Shown here: piece after piece, positions 12,622 to 25,457 of the stretch
How positions within the stretch are numbered: the first letter of the stretch is position 1
Layout: every line of letters starts with the position of its first letter
Source of the DNA: Rhizodiscina lignyota
Lineage: Eukaryota
DNA: 64,000 nucleotides
NCBI GenBank assembly: GCA_010015805.1
Contig: ML978131.1
Location: forward strand, 558,001-622,000
Direction of reading: 5' to 3'
Made by a program: the position numbers and the translations under genes
The notes under the pieces: model-generated
What the model saw: only the letters and a program-made list of their open reading frames with translations
Told to the model about the DNA's origin: nothing
The model's database searches: none

Positions 12622-15600
12622 ATGGCCGCCGCCACAGACGGCGCGTCGTCCATTTCGGTGACAGTCCGAGTTCGACCTTTCACCATTCGAGAGGCAGCAC
12701 AACTCGCGAAATGCGACGATGGCCCTTTCTTCCTGGGCGATGGTTCTTTGGCGGGTGCACCAGCTCCGAAACTTGCGCAGAAGGGCATCAGACCGGTCAT
12801 TAAAGTAGTGGACGAGAAGTGCTTGTAGGGGAAACATCGGCAATAAATGCTATGAGATCCCGTAACTGACTGCTTCTTACAGAGTATTCGACCCTCCAGA
12901 GGACAACCCCATACAGCGCTTCTCGAGATCAGTCGTTCCGCAAAGCAAGCGCGTGAAGGACCAAACATTCGTTTTCGACAAAGTGTTCGACGAGAACACA
13001 ACACAGAGCGATGTATACGAGTCGACTACGCGGAATCTGCTGGACAGCGTGTTCGATGGCTACAATGCGACCGTGTTCGCATATGGCGCAACAGGATGCG
13101 GCAAGACTCATACAATCACCGGCACAGCACAGCAACCAGGCATAATCTTCCTCACAATGCAGGAGCTTTTCGAGCGCATACAGGACCGGCAGGAAGACAA
13201 GGTAACAGAGCTGTCGCTCTCGTACTTGGAGATCTACAATGAGACGATACGAGATTTGTTGGTCCCAGGCGGAAGCAAGCAGGGACTGATGTTACGCGAA
13301 GACGCGAACCAGACAGTGTCTGTTGCAGGCCTGTCGAGTCATCACCCGCAGAATGTAAGTTGTTAGTACTCAACTAGTAGAACCATACTAACATAGTTCA
13401 GGTCCAAGAAGTGATGGACATGATTGTCCGAGGAAACGAATACCGCACAATGTCTCCTACCGAAGCGAACGCTACCTCATCTCGTTCACACGCTGTGCTC
13501 CAAATCAACGTGTCGCAAAAGGACCGAAATGCGGATATCAACGAACCACACACAATGGCTACACTAAGTATCATAGATTTAGCTGGCAGTGAGCGTGCCA
13601 GCGCGACGAAGAATCGCGGCGAGCGTTTGATTGAGGGCGCCAACATCAACAAGTCTCTGCTTGCGCTTGGCAGCTGCATCAACGCACTGTGCGATCCCAG
13701 GAAGCGTAACCACGTGCCATATCGAAACTCGAAATTGACGCGACTGCTGAAGTTCTCTCTGGGTGGAAATTGCAAGACGGTCATGATTGTTTGCGTCAGT
13801 CCATCGAGCGCGCATTTCGACGAGACGCAGAATACGTTGCGATACGCCAACCGCGCGAAGAACATCCAGACAAAGGTCACAAGGAATGTCTACAATGTGA
13901 ACCGACACGTGAAGGACTTCTTGAAGAAGATCGACGAACAAATGCAGCTCATCAATGAGCTAAAGGAACAGCAGAAAGACTTCGAAACTGTCGCATTCGC
14001 AAAATTCAGGAAACAGAATGAGAAAAGGGAGCTGATCGTCCGAGAAGCTGTCGAGAGGCTACGTAGCGCCTATAGTCATTCGTCGGCTGAGCGACAAGAG
14101 CGCCTCAATGCCATGAAGAAGTTGCGTCAGATTGAGCGCAGGATTTCCCTTATTTCCGCATGGATAGCAGGATTCGACCAAGTGTGCGAGTCGAGAGAAG
14201 ACGAAGAGCCTCCGAATAACCTTGCGGCTATGCGCAAGACGGCACAAGGCATACTTGCCGAGCTCGAAAGTAGCAGACAACACTATCATCAGCGCATCTC
14301 AAAGAACAACTGGGAGCGCGCAATCGAAACTGCACTTCAGACGGGCATCCGCCAGCTGACTGAGCTGGACGGTGTAGTTGATGCCTTTGAGACATCCATT
14401 TTACGCCGTGAGTCTGAATTGCTGAAGTCAATGGCGGACCGCGAGGCATATTCCACAATGTTAGATCAGGAGAAGGGCGGTGATGCAGCCATTGTCCAGG
14501 TCTTGCTACAGGCACACTTCGAGACTGTTGCGATCATCAGCCAGATCATGTTGATGGATGAGAGAGATGCAGTGCAAGCTGCAAGGAAATTACTGGGTCG
14601 TATGCTTCAAGCTTGCTCGGACGCCACCTCCCAAGTCATCAAACCGGACGGTGGTTTGCCAGTCACCGAGGTGTTTGCACCAACGCGCTCTGGCACGCCC
14701 AAGCGTCGAAAGCCTGTGAATATCATGGGTCCATCACCAATGCACGCGATTCCCTTACCGAGCATACTGGAGTCAGCTCCACACCTTACATCCTCGCCGA
14801 TCAAGTCCTCGCCACGACGACGCAAGATAAATTCTGCAAAGAAAGGCGTGTCTTTCACACCAAAGAAGAAGTCGCCTGTCAAAGGCTTGAAGCGTGGTGT
14901 CCGCTGGCGAGATGACGTTGAAGACGGCACACTGGCCGAGTTTCAAGCAACACCAAAGCGTGTCGACACGACGCCTGATGTCTCTTCAAATGAGATGCCA
15001 GCTCCTACTCTACCTTCCATGGTCTCCAATCCTGATTCAGAGAACTCGTCACCAATTCCTCCTCCACCAGAAGCATCAATGGAACTCAAGCCACGTTCAA
15101 GTCGCTTCCAGACAGGGTTCCTATCCAAGAAGTCGGACGGCTCGCCGATATCGTTCAATCCTCCGCGGCCTTCATTGCTATCTTCAGCTTTCAGTGCACC
15201 TGGGACATCGTCTGCTTCCGCATCAGACTCCGATCACTCCCCACTGCGCGAAATCGAGCCCAATAAGGCACCCCATCGCCACAGTTCTTCTCTCAACGTC
15301 GTTCAAACTCTTTCGATGTCGTCCTCCGATATCACACCCGTCGACAGTGGAGCAAACTCCAGCGATGATTCTGATCGCGGATCTAACAGGGGCGACGGGT
15401 TCCAAAAATCAAGTGGCTTCGCGCTCGATCCTACAGAGACACGCAAGATCCGCTCCGCCATCGCAGCGAAGCGCCCCTCATGTTCAGGAGGAGTGATGGT
15501 GCAAAACAGTGCGAACAGAGCTCATCGTCGCAGGAGCCCTACCGGCAGCAGCTCTGGAAGTCCGCCAAGCGAGAACATGTTCAGTGCAAGTCATGCGAGG

Positions 15601-15855
15601 AGGATGGTAAAGAGCGACCGTGAAACGATGTCCCATGTGCTGAGCCCACGCACAGCACCAGTGATGAAGAATGGCGCGCCTAGGCGCACCACAACTGTAG
15701 GCTTTGTGGGAACAGGAGGTGGTTCAGGAGACGAGAGGATGACTGCGCGAGCTGCACCGCTGAGGCTCAGCAGTGTCATTCCTGGTGAGAGTGGTCATTC
15801 CCGCCAAACAAGTCGCGGCAGTCTGGTGGCAGGTTCGAAGAACACATGGAGATAA
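12622..15855 (+). CDS. kip3: Kinesin-8 motor protein (Kip3/KipB orthologue)
   Basis: VRVRPF, P-loop YGATGCGKT, switch I NATSSRSHA, switch II DLAGSER, HVPYRNSKLTRLL. Introns 12825-12882 and 13355-13401. Coiled coil and Ser/Pro-rich tail. Confidence 0.93.
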
Positions 15856-16747
15856 TTCCACCTCCGACTTTTCGGTCGATAGGTTGTAAAAGGGCGTTCT
15901 GGGGTTTGTCAGCTCGAACGAGGCTCGCAAGGTTCTACGGCTCAATCCGGTGCCACCATTTCTGTCTGTGTAATTGTATCTTCGGCGCCGCCGATATCTT
16001 CGCTTCGATAGCTCCAATAGCAGCATTTCACGGCGACTTTCTTTCCTCCGTGCTCTAGTGGGCTTTGCAATTGCTTTCAATTTCTCGCAAAAGATTTCTC
16101 TCAGTCTGTAAAAATGACGGACACCGATACCGCTTCGCTGCCATGGGCGAGTGGTGTGGGGTATATCGTAGTTCCGCTTGCAAAGTCTGATAGGCTGCTT
16201 GTACGGAGTTACTGTGCCAGTGTGCCTACTACTTTGGGAACAGGATAGTTTTCGGTAGCATCATTCGCATGCTTAGCAATATAATGCTGAGTGATGAACA
16301 TATCAGTTCACTGCTGTATCGGACGCATCGCTGTATCGGACGCAAAGCTTCAAATACTGTCTGTAGACGGGGTGATATTATACCTGATGCTTAAAAATCC
16401 AGAGGAGATCGGCATGACTCGCGTGACGGTTGAATAGTGGGGATATCACCGGAGTTTATCCACCTCGGGACTCCACATCCGCTGAACTCCTGTTAGTCGC
16501 GAGCAGCTGCCGAACGCCCCGCAAAATATGATAAACCTAGGTAAAGATGACGATTGGAGAAGGCAAGGCCGTGGAGGAGATGGTATGCAGCCATGGAGAT
16601 TGCGCCATTGATTGGGAAGTAGGCTTCGGGTCGAACTTCCTGCGCAAAATTCTATTTAAGAACCATCCGCCTGGTTGATGTCATTGCACAACTGCAACTG
16701 AATTCAATCGTGGAAGAGGAGATCCTCGGGATTTCAAATACACCAAA

Positions 16748-17914
16748 ATGAAGGAAGCACTGGTGACAGCAGGGCCGACTGTCCGCATCGTGGACTCGCC
16801 AATTCCCCAGCCCGGCCCAACTCAGGTCCTCATCAAAGTCATCGTTAGTGGATCGAATCCGAAAGACTGGTATGTATGCCACATATGTTTGTTCTGCTCA
16901 TTTTATCAGAGCTTTACATGTCGGGATGGATGCTAAACGTGACTGCAGGAAAGTGCCGGAATGGTCACCGCAGAAATTCAACGACACTAACACCGGAGAC
17001 GATATCGGTGGTATCGTGGAGAAAGTCGGCGATCAAGTCTTCGAGTTCAGATATGGTGATCGTGTCGCTGCATTCCATACTATGCGTACCCCAGGCGGAA
17101 GCTATGCCGAGTACGCTCTTGCAGAGCAACATACGACCTTCCATATCCCAAAGAAAACGTCCTTTGAAGGTACGATCTACCAGCATGAATGACAGTAGAA
17201 GATACTCAAATGATTACAGAAGCAGCAGCAATACCTCTTGCTGCGCTGACAGCCGCTGTCGGCTTATACCAGCGCATGGGTCTTCCTCTCCCTTGGAAAC
17301 CAGCGACAGAGTCAATCCCGCTTGTCATTTACGGCGCCGCCTCCGCTGTTGGTACCTACACCATTCAGTTTGCCGTCAAGTCCAACATCCACCCACTCAT
17401 CTGTGTTGCTGGCCGCGGTATCGCTCACGTCGAGCAATTCATCGACAAGTCAAAAGGCGACTGCATCATCGACTACCGCGACGGCGACGACGCCGTCGTG
17501 AAGGGCCTGCAGGACGCGGTCGCTAAGACCGGAAAGAAGCTCATGTACGCGTACGACGCGGTCAGTGAAAAGGGGAGCTACGTGAACATCTGCAAAGTCC
17601 TGGATCCAAATGGAGGTAAAATTACGGTCGTCCTGCCTGGGAAAAAGTACGAAGAGATCCCGAAGTCGGTGGAATTTAGCATGACCGCCGTCGGTAGTGT
17701 GCATGCCGAGGACAGCGACTTTGGAAATGTCTTCTCCAAGTATATCGGCAGAGCGCTCGGACAGGGTTGGTTCAAGGCACAGCCGCAGGAAGTTGTACCA
17801 GGAGGTCTCGGCGGCGTTGAGCAGGCCCTGAAGAATCTGAAGGAGGGCAAAGCCAGTGCAGTCAAGTATGTCTTCAGGATTGCAGATACAGAGGGCGTCA
17901 AGAGTCAGCTATGA
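16748..17914 (+). CDS. MDR-superfamily (GroES-like) NAD(P)-dependent oxidoreductase, enoyl-reductase-like
   Basis: SGSNPKDWK, GDDIGGIVEKVG, GSYAEYA, EAAAIPLAALTAA, Rossmann IYGAASAVG. Introns 16870-16948 and 17170-17219. Confidence 0.9.
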
Positions 17915-18539
17915 GATGGTTTCATAGTCACGTTGAAATAACACGGGGTGAAAAGCAATTCAAGCAAAAACACCAAGCAATATTGATTCTCCAAACATCG
18001 AGTCAGCAACATGTTGTTTCGCAGGATTGTTTTGAAATTATAAAAAGGGAAGAAATAATACCGAGGACAAGGCTCGCATAAGTCGGTCAGTAGCATGGAT
18101 ACCTCGACCTCAACGAATTGCACGATTATTGAACCACTTTGAAAACATGCGGTAGATGGCCAATATATAAGCTTACCATTAGCCACAAGAGCGCTAGACA
18201 CTCCGAGCGGAGTCTTGGCTGCTCGTTTAAGCTTACCCCTGAGACGAAGGAAGCCTATCACACACCGCCCAGGTGGCGTACAATAGGGCGGGAAAATTTG
18301 TGACTCCACAAAACTATGCCGATTATGTGACGCCGCCTTCCCATATTTATCATCAGCTCGGCCCATCTCTTTTCCTTCCAATTGAACCTCATTCTCTCAG
18401 TCCTGTATTTGCAATTGGGTATCAGATATGTGGAACTCTTGCTAATAGCATTGACCGGAGTTTCGGAGTTTTTGGTCTCAGGATCCTGGGCGGGCTTCCG
18501 ATATTTAAACAAGAGATCGCGATCACATCACGCTCAAGA

Positions 18540-20107
18540 ATGGATGAGACGCAGCCTTTGCTGGCTTCTGCCAATATACTTGTCCCAGAGCAACCGCAAA
18601 CCACAGGACAGCGCATTATTGAATTCCATCCCGATGGCGATTCGGAAAACCCGTTGGAATGGAAGAAGCCGTACAAATGGTTTATCGTTCTGCTGCTTGC
18701 CTTCATGGCATTTACAGTGTAAGCTTCTCGCACGACACAATTGTTTGGCCATGCTGACAACTTCTACAGTACGTTCACATGCATCGGCGTTGTACCAGTT
18801 GCAGGACGCATAGTTGAAGATCTTGACGGCCGGCCAAGCAAGTCTGCTAGTGTGCTGCTAGTCACGATTTGGGAACTGGGCGAAGCAGCAGGCCCACTAC
18901 TCATCGCACCTCTCTCTGAGCTCTACGGTCGATATCCCGTCTTCAATGTCGCCAATATCCTGTTTATTGTCGGCGTGGCGATTACAGCACTAAGCGAGAA
19001 CTCGCACGTCTTCATCTTCGCTCGGTTCCTGACAGGAATTGCGGTTGCTTCCAACGTCCTTAATCCGGCCATTATTGGGGACATGTTTCCATCTGAAGAA
19101 CGAGGCTCTGGAATGTCTCTCATCATGCTGGCCCCGCTACTCGGAGGTGCTGTTGGACCTGCTATTGCGGGAGCAATTGCGGAGTCTTCAGGTTGGCGAC
19201 GGATCATGTGGATGAGCCTAATTCTAGCTAGCGTGGCAGAGCTAGCATTCCTGACGCTGTTCCGCGAGACTTATAAGGTTCCGATTCTGCAACGGAAAGC
19301 CGCACGATTGCGCCAAGAAACTGGAGACGAGTCCTTAAAAACAGCGTTCGATAACGAAGTTTCTGAAGTTGAATCAGCCCTCTGGAACTCGATCATGCGT
19401 CCATCCAAAGTCTTCCTAGGGTCTCCCGTTTTGCAGATCATGTCGCTGTATGGAGGAGTGGTCTTCAGCTTCTTCTACATCATGTCAACGACGTTACCGG
19501 ATATCTTGCAGGACATATACGAATTTCCACCTGCACTTACCGGAACATCTTTCATGACCTTCAGTAAGTCTTTCTCCGATGAACCGCACAAGTTTCGCTA
19601 ACTCTGACAGGCGTTGGATCGACCATTGGCGTCATCGTTTGTAACTTATTGTTGGATAGAATCTATGTGAGGATGGGGAATGAGAATGACGGGAAACTCG
19701 AACCGGAGAACCGACTACCTCTCGTGATATTCGGTGCATTCTGTCTGCCAGCAATCATCACCCTCTACGGATTCATCGCTCAAGAGCACTGGCCAGTTGC
19801 GCTCATGCTTATTTCAGTCGGCGCTCTGGGATTCTTGGTCATCCTGGGCCTTGTTCCCGTGATGTCGTATGTTGTTGATGCATTTGGTCTGTATTCTGCG
19901 TCTGCTATGACAGCAGTCCTTATCACGCGTTGTTTGATGGGAACGTTTATGCCCTTGGCGACAGCTCCGCTGACGAATAAACTTGGGTATGGATTTGGTT
20001 TTCTGGTGTTGGCTTCTCTGGTTCTTGTAGTTGCACCTATTCCTGTATTTGTGATGCGTTACGGCGCTCGGTGGAGATCACGTTCAGAGTATTCAAAGGG
20101 AGATTGA
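18540..20107 (+). CDS. MFS transporter (DHA1-like)
   Basis: DSENPLEW, APLSELYGRYPV, GWRRIMW, PENRLP, YSASAM. Introns 18719-18768 and 19564-19610. Confidence 0.9.
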
Positions 20108-20320
20108 CGGATTTGGGCCGGAAAAGTTAAGTTTCACGGCATACTGTACATGACTAAATAGATTCTAGATCAATGCTGCAAATAGAGGGTCTAGAAGTTT
20201 ATGAGTTAAAGAAGCTCCATGCATCGACTTTTGTGCTTCTCTCTTCCTTGCCAAGTACTGTCTCCATATTTGACAGTGACCTCTTTTGATACTAGACACA
20301 GAGTCAATGATTGAGCATTA

Positions 20321-20956
20321 CTATAAGCCGCGACGAGGCACATCCCATACGGATTTATGTAACTTGGAATTCATGATGACTTTTGCCGTTTGAGAATCTG
20401 TCTCGGTCATAATAACCTTGTAAGCTTCCTCATGAAACCACTCCTCGACCGGGAACGATCCCTCGTGAATGCAGATATCAAGCACTTCCGCGTTGCGGTC
20501 CACTAACGCACGCTGGGCAAGTGATTTACAGACGTCATTGGATAAGACACGGGGTCCTTCGTAATAGGTTCTGTAATCCACATTCGGATCAGGGTCAAAA
20601 ACGCGCAACGCCTTAATTTTGGTTCGGATGGCGTCGGCACCCTCCCCCTCGTGGTAGGCGAGAAAGACTGCGATGATTGAAGTGCTATCTTGCGGTGGTA
20701 AGATTCTGCTGCAGCTGAGAGGGGCCAACTACCTGCTTTCAATAGGTTTCATCGCCAATGACCAGCGCATAGTGCATTTCATAGAATAATCGCTTCCGAA
20801 AGGGTTTGCGTAAGGATTGTCAGGATGATCGGGGTGCCTCGGTTTGCGATCGAATTCATGCCGTACGCCTTGACAGTGAGCGAATATGTGGTGGAGATAT
20901 TCTTCTTCAGAGATCTGGCCTGCTTGTCGTGCTTGTATGGCCTCGAGAAAGCACAA
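20321..20956 (-). CDS. Hypothetical protein, possibly disrupted (in-frame TAG at 20729-20731)
   Basis: Two abutting same-frame ORFs (75 aa and 135 aa) with protein-like composition. No recognised family; true start not resolved. Confidence 0.4.
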
Positions 20957-21326
20957 TGAAGGCTTAGGTGAAGCTATGACAACCTTGAAAGGGGATCAGC
21001 ATCGAATGGTATACAGTTGTCGCTAATGGTGGATGGGTAGAATGGAGAAAGAAACTTAAGATCTTCGAACGGAGATTTCAACATGGTGTACTTAAGTAGC
21101 AAAAGTGAGGTGGCACAGCAGCGAGGCTAACCCTCAGGCCACAGCAAGGCAACTAACCAGCGTCCCCGAACAGCGACCGCATCCATCCACCTGATGCATC
21201 ACTATTCCACGTTTTGGTCACTCACTTGCCTCCGAACAGCCTCATTTTTCAAGATTCATCTTTATTCTATGGGTTTACTTTATAATTACACAGTTCAGGG
21301 TGCCCTGGGGCCTGATTCGTCCAGAG

Positions 21327-22848
21327 CTAGTTGGGGTCCCCAGCGTAACAACCGTCCAATCCTGGTGTGGGAAACAAACAGTTGTCTCTTTGCGCCTCTG
21401 GGACCACAATGTTCAAGGTCTTCGTCGTCTGGAGGTCCGGATGGTCTGCGTACAGCACGTTCGGCATGTTGTAAGGCGCGAAACCGTTGCAGGGAATGCC
21501 AGTCGAGTTCTGGTCCATGATGTTTGCGCAGAGATAAAGCGGCGGCAAGCTCGGTTTCCCCAGGGACGTATTCCACGTCTCAATGTTCACGTCAATAAAC
21601 TTGAGCCCGGGGCAAGGCACCTTGGCACCACAGTGTATCGAAGCGATGATGTCGAAGTGCGCCGTTCCGGTGATGTTCTCCCATGTCAGGTTCGAGAGTT
21701 GATACTTTCATAATGTCAGCAAGCAACAGAGGACAGACTCAGGGCTAACCATACCTCGCTAGTATCGCAAACAGATGGATCGTGCCCATAGACACACTCC
21801 GTTACGCTTATTGGCGTGCCAACGTTTTGCAAATGGAAGTTCCTCCAGGTTATATTCTTCGCCCATCCTCCTCCGCCGCCACCTGAGCCGCCGTTGGTCG
21901 TCACGGCTTTGTTCTGCCCCTGCCATGCTTTCACCCAGGCGCCGTTTGTGGAATTGATGAGTGTTACGTCTTCATAAAGGACATTCTCCACATAATCAGG
22001 GAATCCAGGAAGTTGGCCTACCGAGCCTACCGGCATGCCGTGCGTGTGAATGCAGGTAATGTTCTTCGCGTGGACATTAGTGCTGTTTCCTTTGATCGCA
22101 ATGCAATCATCGCCCCCGGTTACAGTCCAGTTGTAGTATGAGATATCCTTGGAATTCCACATATCTGTGCCGTCGGTGTTGACCGTAAACCATGTGCTGT
22201 TGCTGAGGGATGACATGTAGATGTTTGACATGGTCACGTTCTGCGAATGTGAAATGAACGAATGCCAGAACTGTGCTTGACTCCATGTTACGCCATCCAT
22301 CCACAGATTCTTGGCGTTGAGGACGGTGAACGCAATTGGTCTCCCTGGCTGGTTCGAGTTGTTTCGATTCTCATCGTACCAAACTTGGCCTACAATGGCT
22401 TTATTAGCGCAGCCATCATATATTATTATTGCACACTCATACCATTGCCGTTGAACCTTCCTTTTCCAAATCCCTTGAACGTCACGTTCTCTCCGCCAAA
22501 GAACCAAGCAGTGGATAGATTGGCATACGTAACAGAGTAGCTATGGCTCAGCCAGTATGGTACATTGGTACTCCATATCATTTCTCCGTGCAGTTCAACA
22601 TCGCAGTTCTGTAGGCCGGTCGTATTCATCACTTGATCAATATGGAAAGCACCCTCCGTCAAAATAACGGACCCATTTTTGCCACATAGTTCAAACGCGT
22701 GCAGAATAGATGGCGTATCATCTACCGGCTTGCCGAAGTGAGTGAGGGATTCCGGATAGACCGTACATGTCGTTCCTTCGTTGACCACGAAGGCCCGAAC
22801 GGCCAATACGGCGGAAAGGAGCAGGGTTAGACGAGTAAGAAGCATCAT
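21327..22848 (-). CDS. Secreted GH28 exo-acting pectin enzyme (exo-rhamnogalacturonase / RgxB-like)
   Basis: Signal peptide; NTDG, GGDD, HG motifs; WVK in place of the polygalacturonase RIK. Introns 22390-22442 and 21705-21754. Last exon YQLSNLTWENITGT...AGDPN*. Confidence 0.88.
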
Positions 22849-23079
22849 GGCAGATGTTCAGGTACGCTCCGGATGTACTCTGCGCGTCTCTTTCGTTGTG
22901 TCCATCATGTACCTTGAATATATACACCAGGTACCGGACCTGGCCTTCTCTTGGCGGATTCCACGCCCCGCATCGTGAGCGCTGAGGCTAAAAGCATCTC
23001 GTCGGCATTTCATTAGAGCGACTTTTTCATCCATAACATGCGTTGTTGGCAGGTATTGAAAAGAGAACAGAGTCATGTT

Positions 23080-23162
23080 TGCGGGGAGATGACCGCGGAA
23101 GGTTGCTCCCTTTGCGGGGCTGGCAACTCCGGAGAGGTGTCCAGCATGGAAATGATGCGGGG
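23080..23162. promoter_or_regulatory. Three CreA-type (SYGGRG) boxes upstream of GH28
   Basis: TGCGGGG at 23080-23086, 23113-23119 and 23156-23162, about 230-310 bp upstream of the GH28 ATG. Confidence 0.5.
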
Positions 23163-24311
23163 ATACAATGGTACCTTGGAAGCCAAGATACAAAAGGAGT
23201 ATTTCTGCTAAAAGTCTGGTAAAGAGATAGGGAACAGCGATGTTGGAAAGATGCGGTGTATTCAGGCTAAAGAAAAAGATCGTCCTGACGTCGAGAACGC
23301 CGGCGCACGAACATATGTTACCAAGGTAGTTCTCCAATAGAAAAGCGGAAAGTCAATCGCCGGTACTACAGTATGTACGGTCAAAATTTCATCAGGCCAT
23401 TAGGGCTATGTACGCTGCTCGAGCTGGCCCTGAGAAGATGTGCTCTTTGAGAAAACGATAAATGATCGAAGAATATGAGGAATTACTTGATATCCTTCAT
23501 CTTTGGGCATGAGGAATCACTTAAGAGGATTCAACAGAATTGAACTGGATTAAAACCTGCTGATACCCCTTAAAATAGCGAAGCTTGAAGAGTGCAAACA
23601 TGTTTCGGACGGGGTGAAAAAGCACAGTCCCGCGAAACCCTAGAACACCAGCCTCTTACGGAGTAGAGTACACAGATTGCACAAAACTGATGCGAAGAAA
23701 GTACTGACTACCTCAGGAGCACCCAACATCCCCGATATCATTATGTTTTCCACGAAGGAGGCCTCAGGTTTGCCTGGGCAGACATCAATCAAGGGTTGCG
23801 TATGTACGGAGTAGAGACGGATGAAATGTTGGGTCCGCTGGAGTGTCTTTTCATCCACTTTCAGTATGTGATTAGTCGGCGACTATTATGCGAATCAGAG
23901 AAATCCCATTGCGAAGTCGTCGAGACTCGAAAGATGACGTATTTTGCAGGTTGGATGTTGGCTCCGATCCATAGCAGTCTCTGTCCACAGAGATACGCCC
24001 GTAGAGGCTTGAGCATCCTGCCGAAGCTCCGATTGGTGGCGCATCGCGCCTTCAACTGAAATCTCGGAGGTGGTGAAAAATACCGCCGCCTGGGCGAAAC
24101 GCTAATAAACAAGTCGATGTTGGTGGACAACCTGACGATGCGATGGAATGCAATCCCAGGCCATACAGGTAGGTATAAAGTGTCACAACAGCGAGCGTAG
24201 GTAATTTCCATCCATATCAAATCAACGCGCACTCCCTCGAAGACATTGACCTCTATAACGCGCTGCCTTCAAACGACCCGATTCAACATATCTACATCGT
24301 TGCGACACATC

Positions 24312-24797
24312 ATGTCTACAGCAGTCCGCACTTCGCAAGCTCTCGGCTTCACAGCCGCTCTATTCGCAGCTGGCTACGGCTTCTGCGCCTCTCACCTTGC
24401 CGTCCCGCGTCTGTACTCCCTCAAACCATCTGTATCGACGCCGATGTTCAAGACGGTCTTCTACGACGGCGCGGTGATCATAGTACCCTCCGCTCTCCTT
24501 GCTTCAGCTGGAAACGCGTACGCGGCGTACGGAAGCGCGCTTCCAGAAGCCCAACGTCTCTACATTGCAGCGGCTCTCCTCAGCATTGCGCCGCTGGTAT
24601 GGACACAACTGGTGATGATCAAGGGTATCAACAGGCTCAATGGGATCGCGGACAGTAGTGAGGTGGAGCAGGAGAAGGTGCAGAGTTCGGAGGTCGTAGG
24701 ATTGCTGAAGACTTGGTCGGTTCAGAACTACGTGAGGAGTGCATTGTACACGACGGGCGGCATCATTGGCATCTTCGCGAGCTTCGCTTATGCCTGA
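24312..24797 (+). CDS. Small integral membrane protein, DUF1772 / anthrone-oxygenase-like
   Basis: Four hydrophobic helices; PLVWTQLVMIKGINRL and LLKTWSVQNYVRS patterns. TATAAA at 24174; ATG 24312. Confidence 0.75.
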   Translation: MSTAVRTSQALGFTAALFAAGYGFCASHLAVPRLYSLKPSVSTPMFKTVFYDGAVIIVPSALLASAGNAYAAYGSALPEAQRLYIAAALLSIAPLVWTQLVMIKGINRLNGIADSSEVEQEKVQSSEVVGLLKTWSVQNYVRSALYTTGGIIGIFASFAYA

Positions 24798-25457
24798 AAG
24801 CCGAATGAAGCAGTTTGTCGCAAGAATGGTTGGAGCCCGATGGCCGTTGACATATTTCCAGCGTCTTGATTCTCCAACTCTAATATCTGATATGACGCTA
24901 TTCTGGTTTTGGGTTAGCGTAAATATCAAAATTCGGCCTGTCCAAAATTCCTACAACCTTTACCACATGACAGCAGACATCAACAGGGCTCTACACTTTG
25001 TTATGGGTGCGAATATCGCTTGACTTTGGACGCCGATAGGTATACGTCGGCAGTCTTTGAACAGTAACTAGACATGAGGAAGCCACGATTCGACCGTTGA
25101 CTCTTCCCTTAGTTCCCTTTTCAGTCACCGAGAGCTCAAAGTGATCACCTTTCATTCTGGATGAATCTTGACAAACGACTAGTTTGCGGTGATGTTTGTG
25201 GAATTTCCGGATGTTTGTCTGATATAACCATTTCAATCGGCTGCAACAGTTTGTCAACTTTCACACTCATGTCATAAAGCAACGCGGTGCATTTCCGTTC
25301 TCGGAGCACATCGAATTCAACCACTTTGCAGTTTTTGTATTGAGCTCTCCTATCTCTATCGCAGCGACGCCTTCTATCTCATTCATTCCCCGTGTCTAGC
25401 TTTCTAGGCACGTCTGGGAGCTGGTCCAGCTCTCAGCCTTTCCACCACTCTTTTTGC

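Noticed and set aside
5250..24797. Secondary-metabolite cluster (P450, two MFS, MDR reductase, DUF1772)
   Set aside because: No backbone synthase or pathway regulator in the window, and the genes are separated by kinesin-8, HET and GH28.
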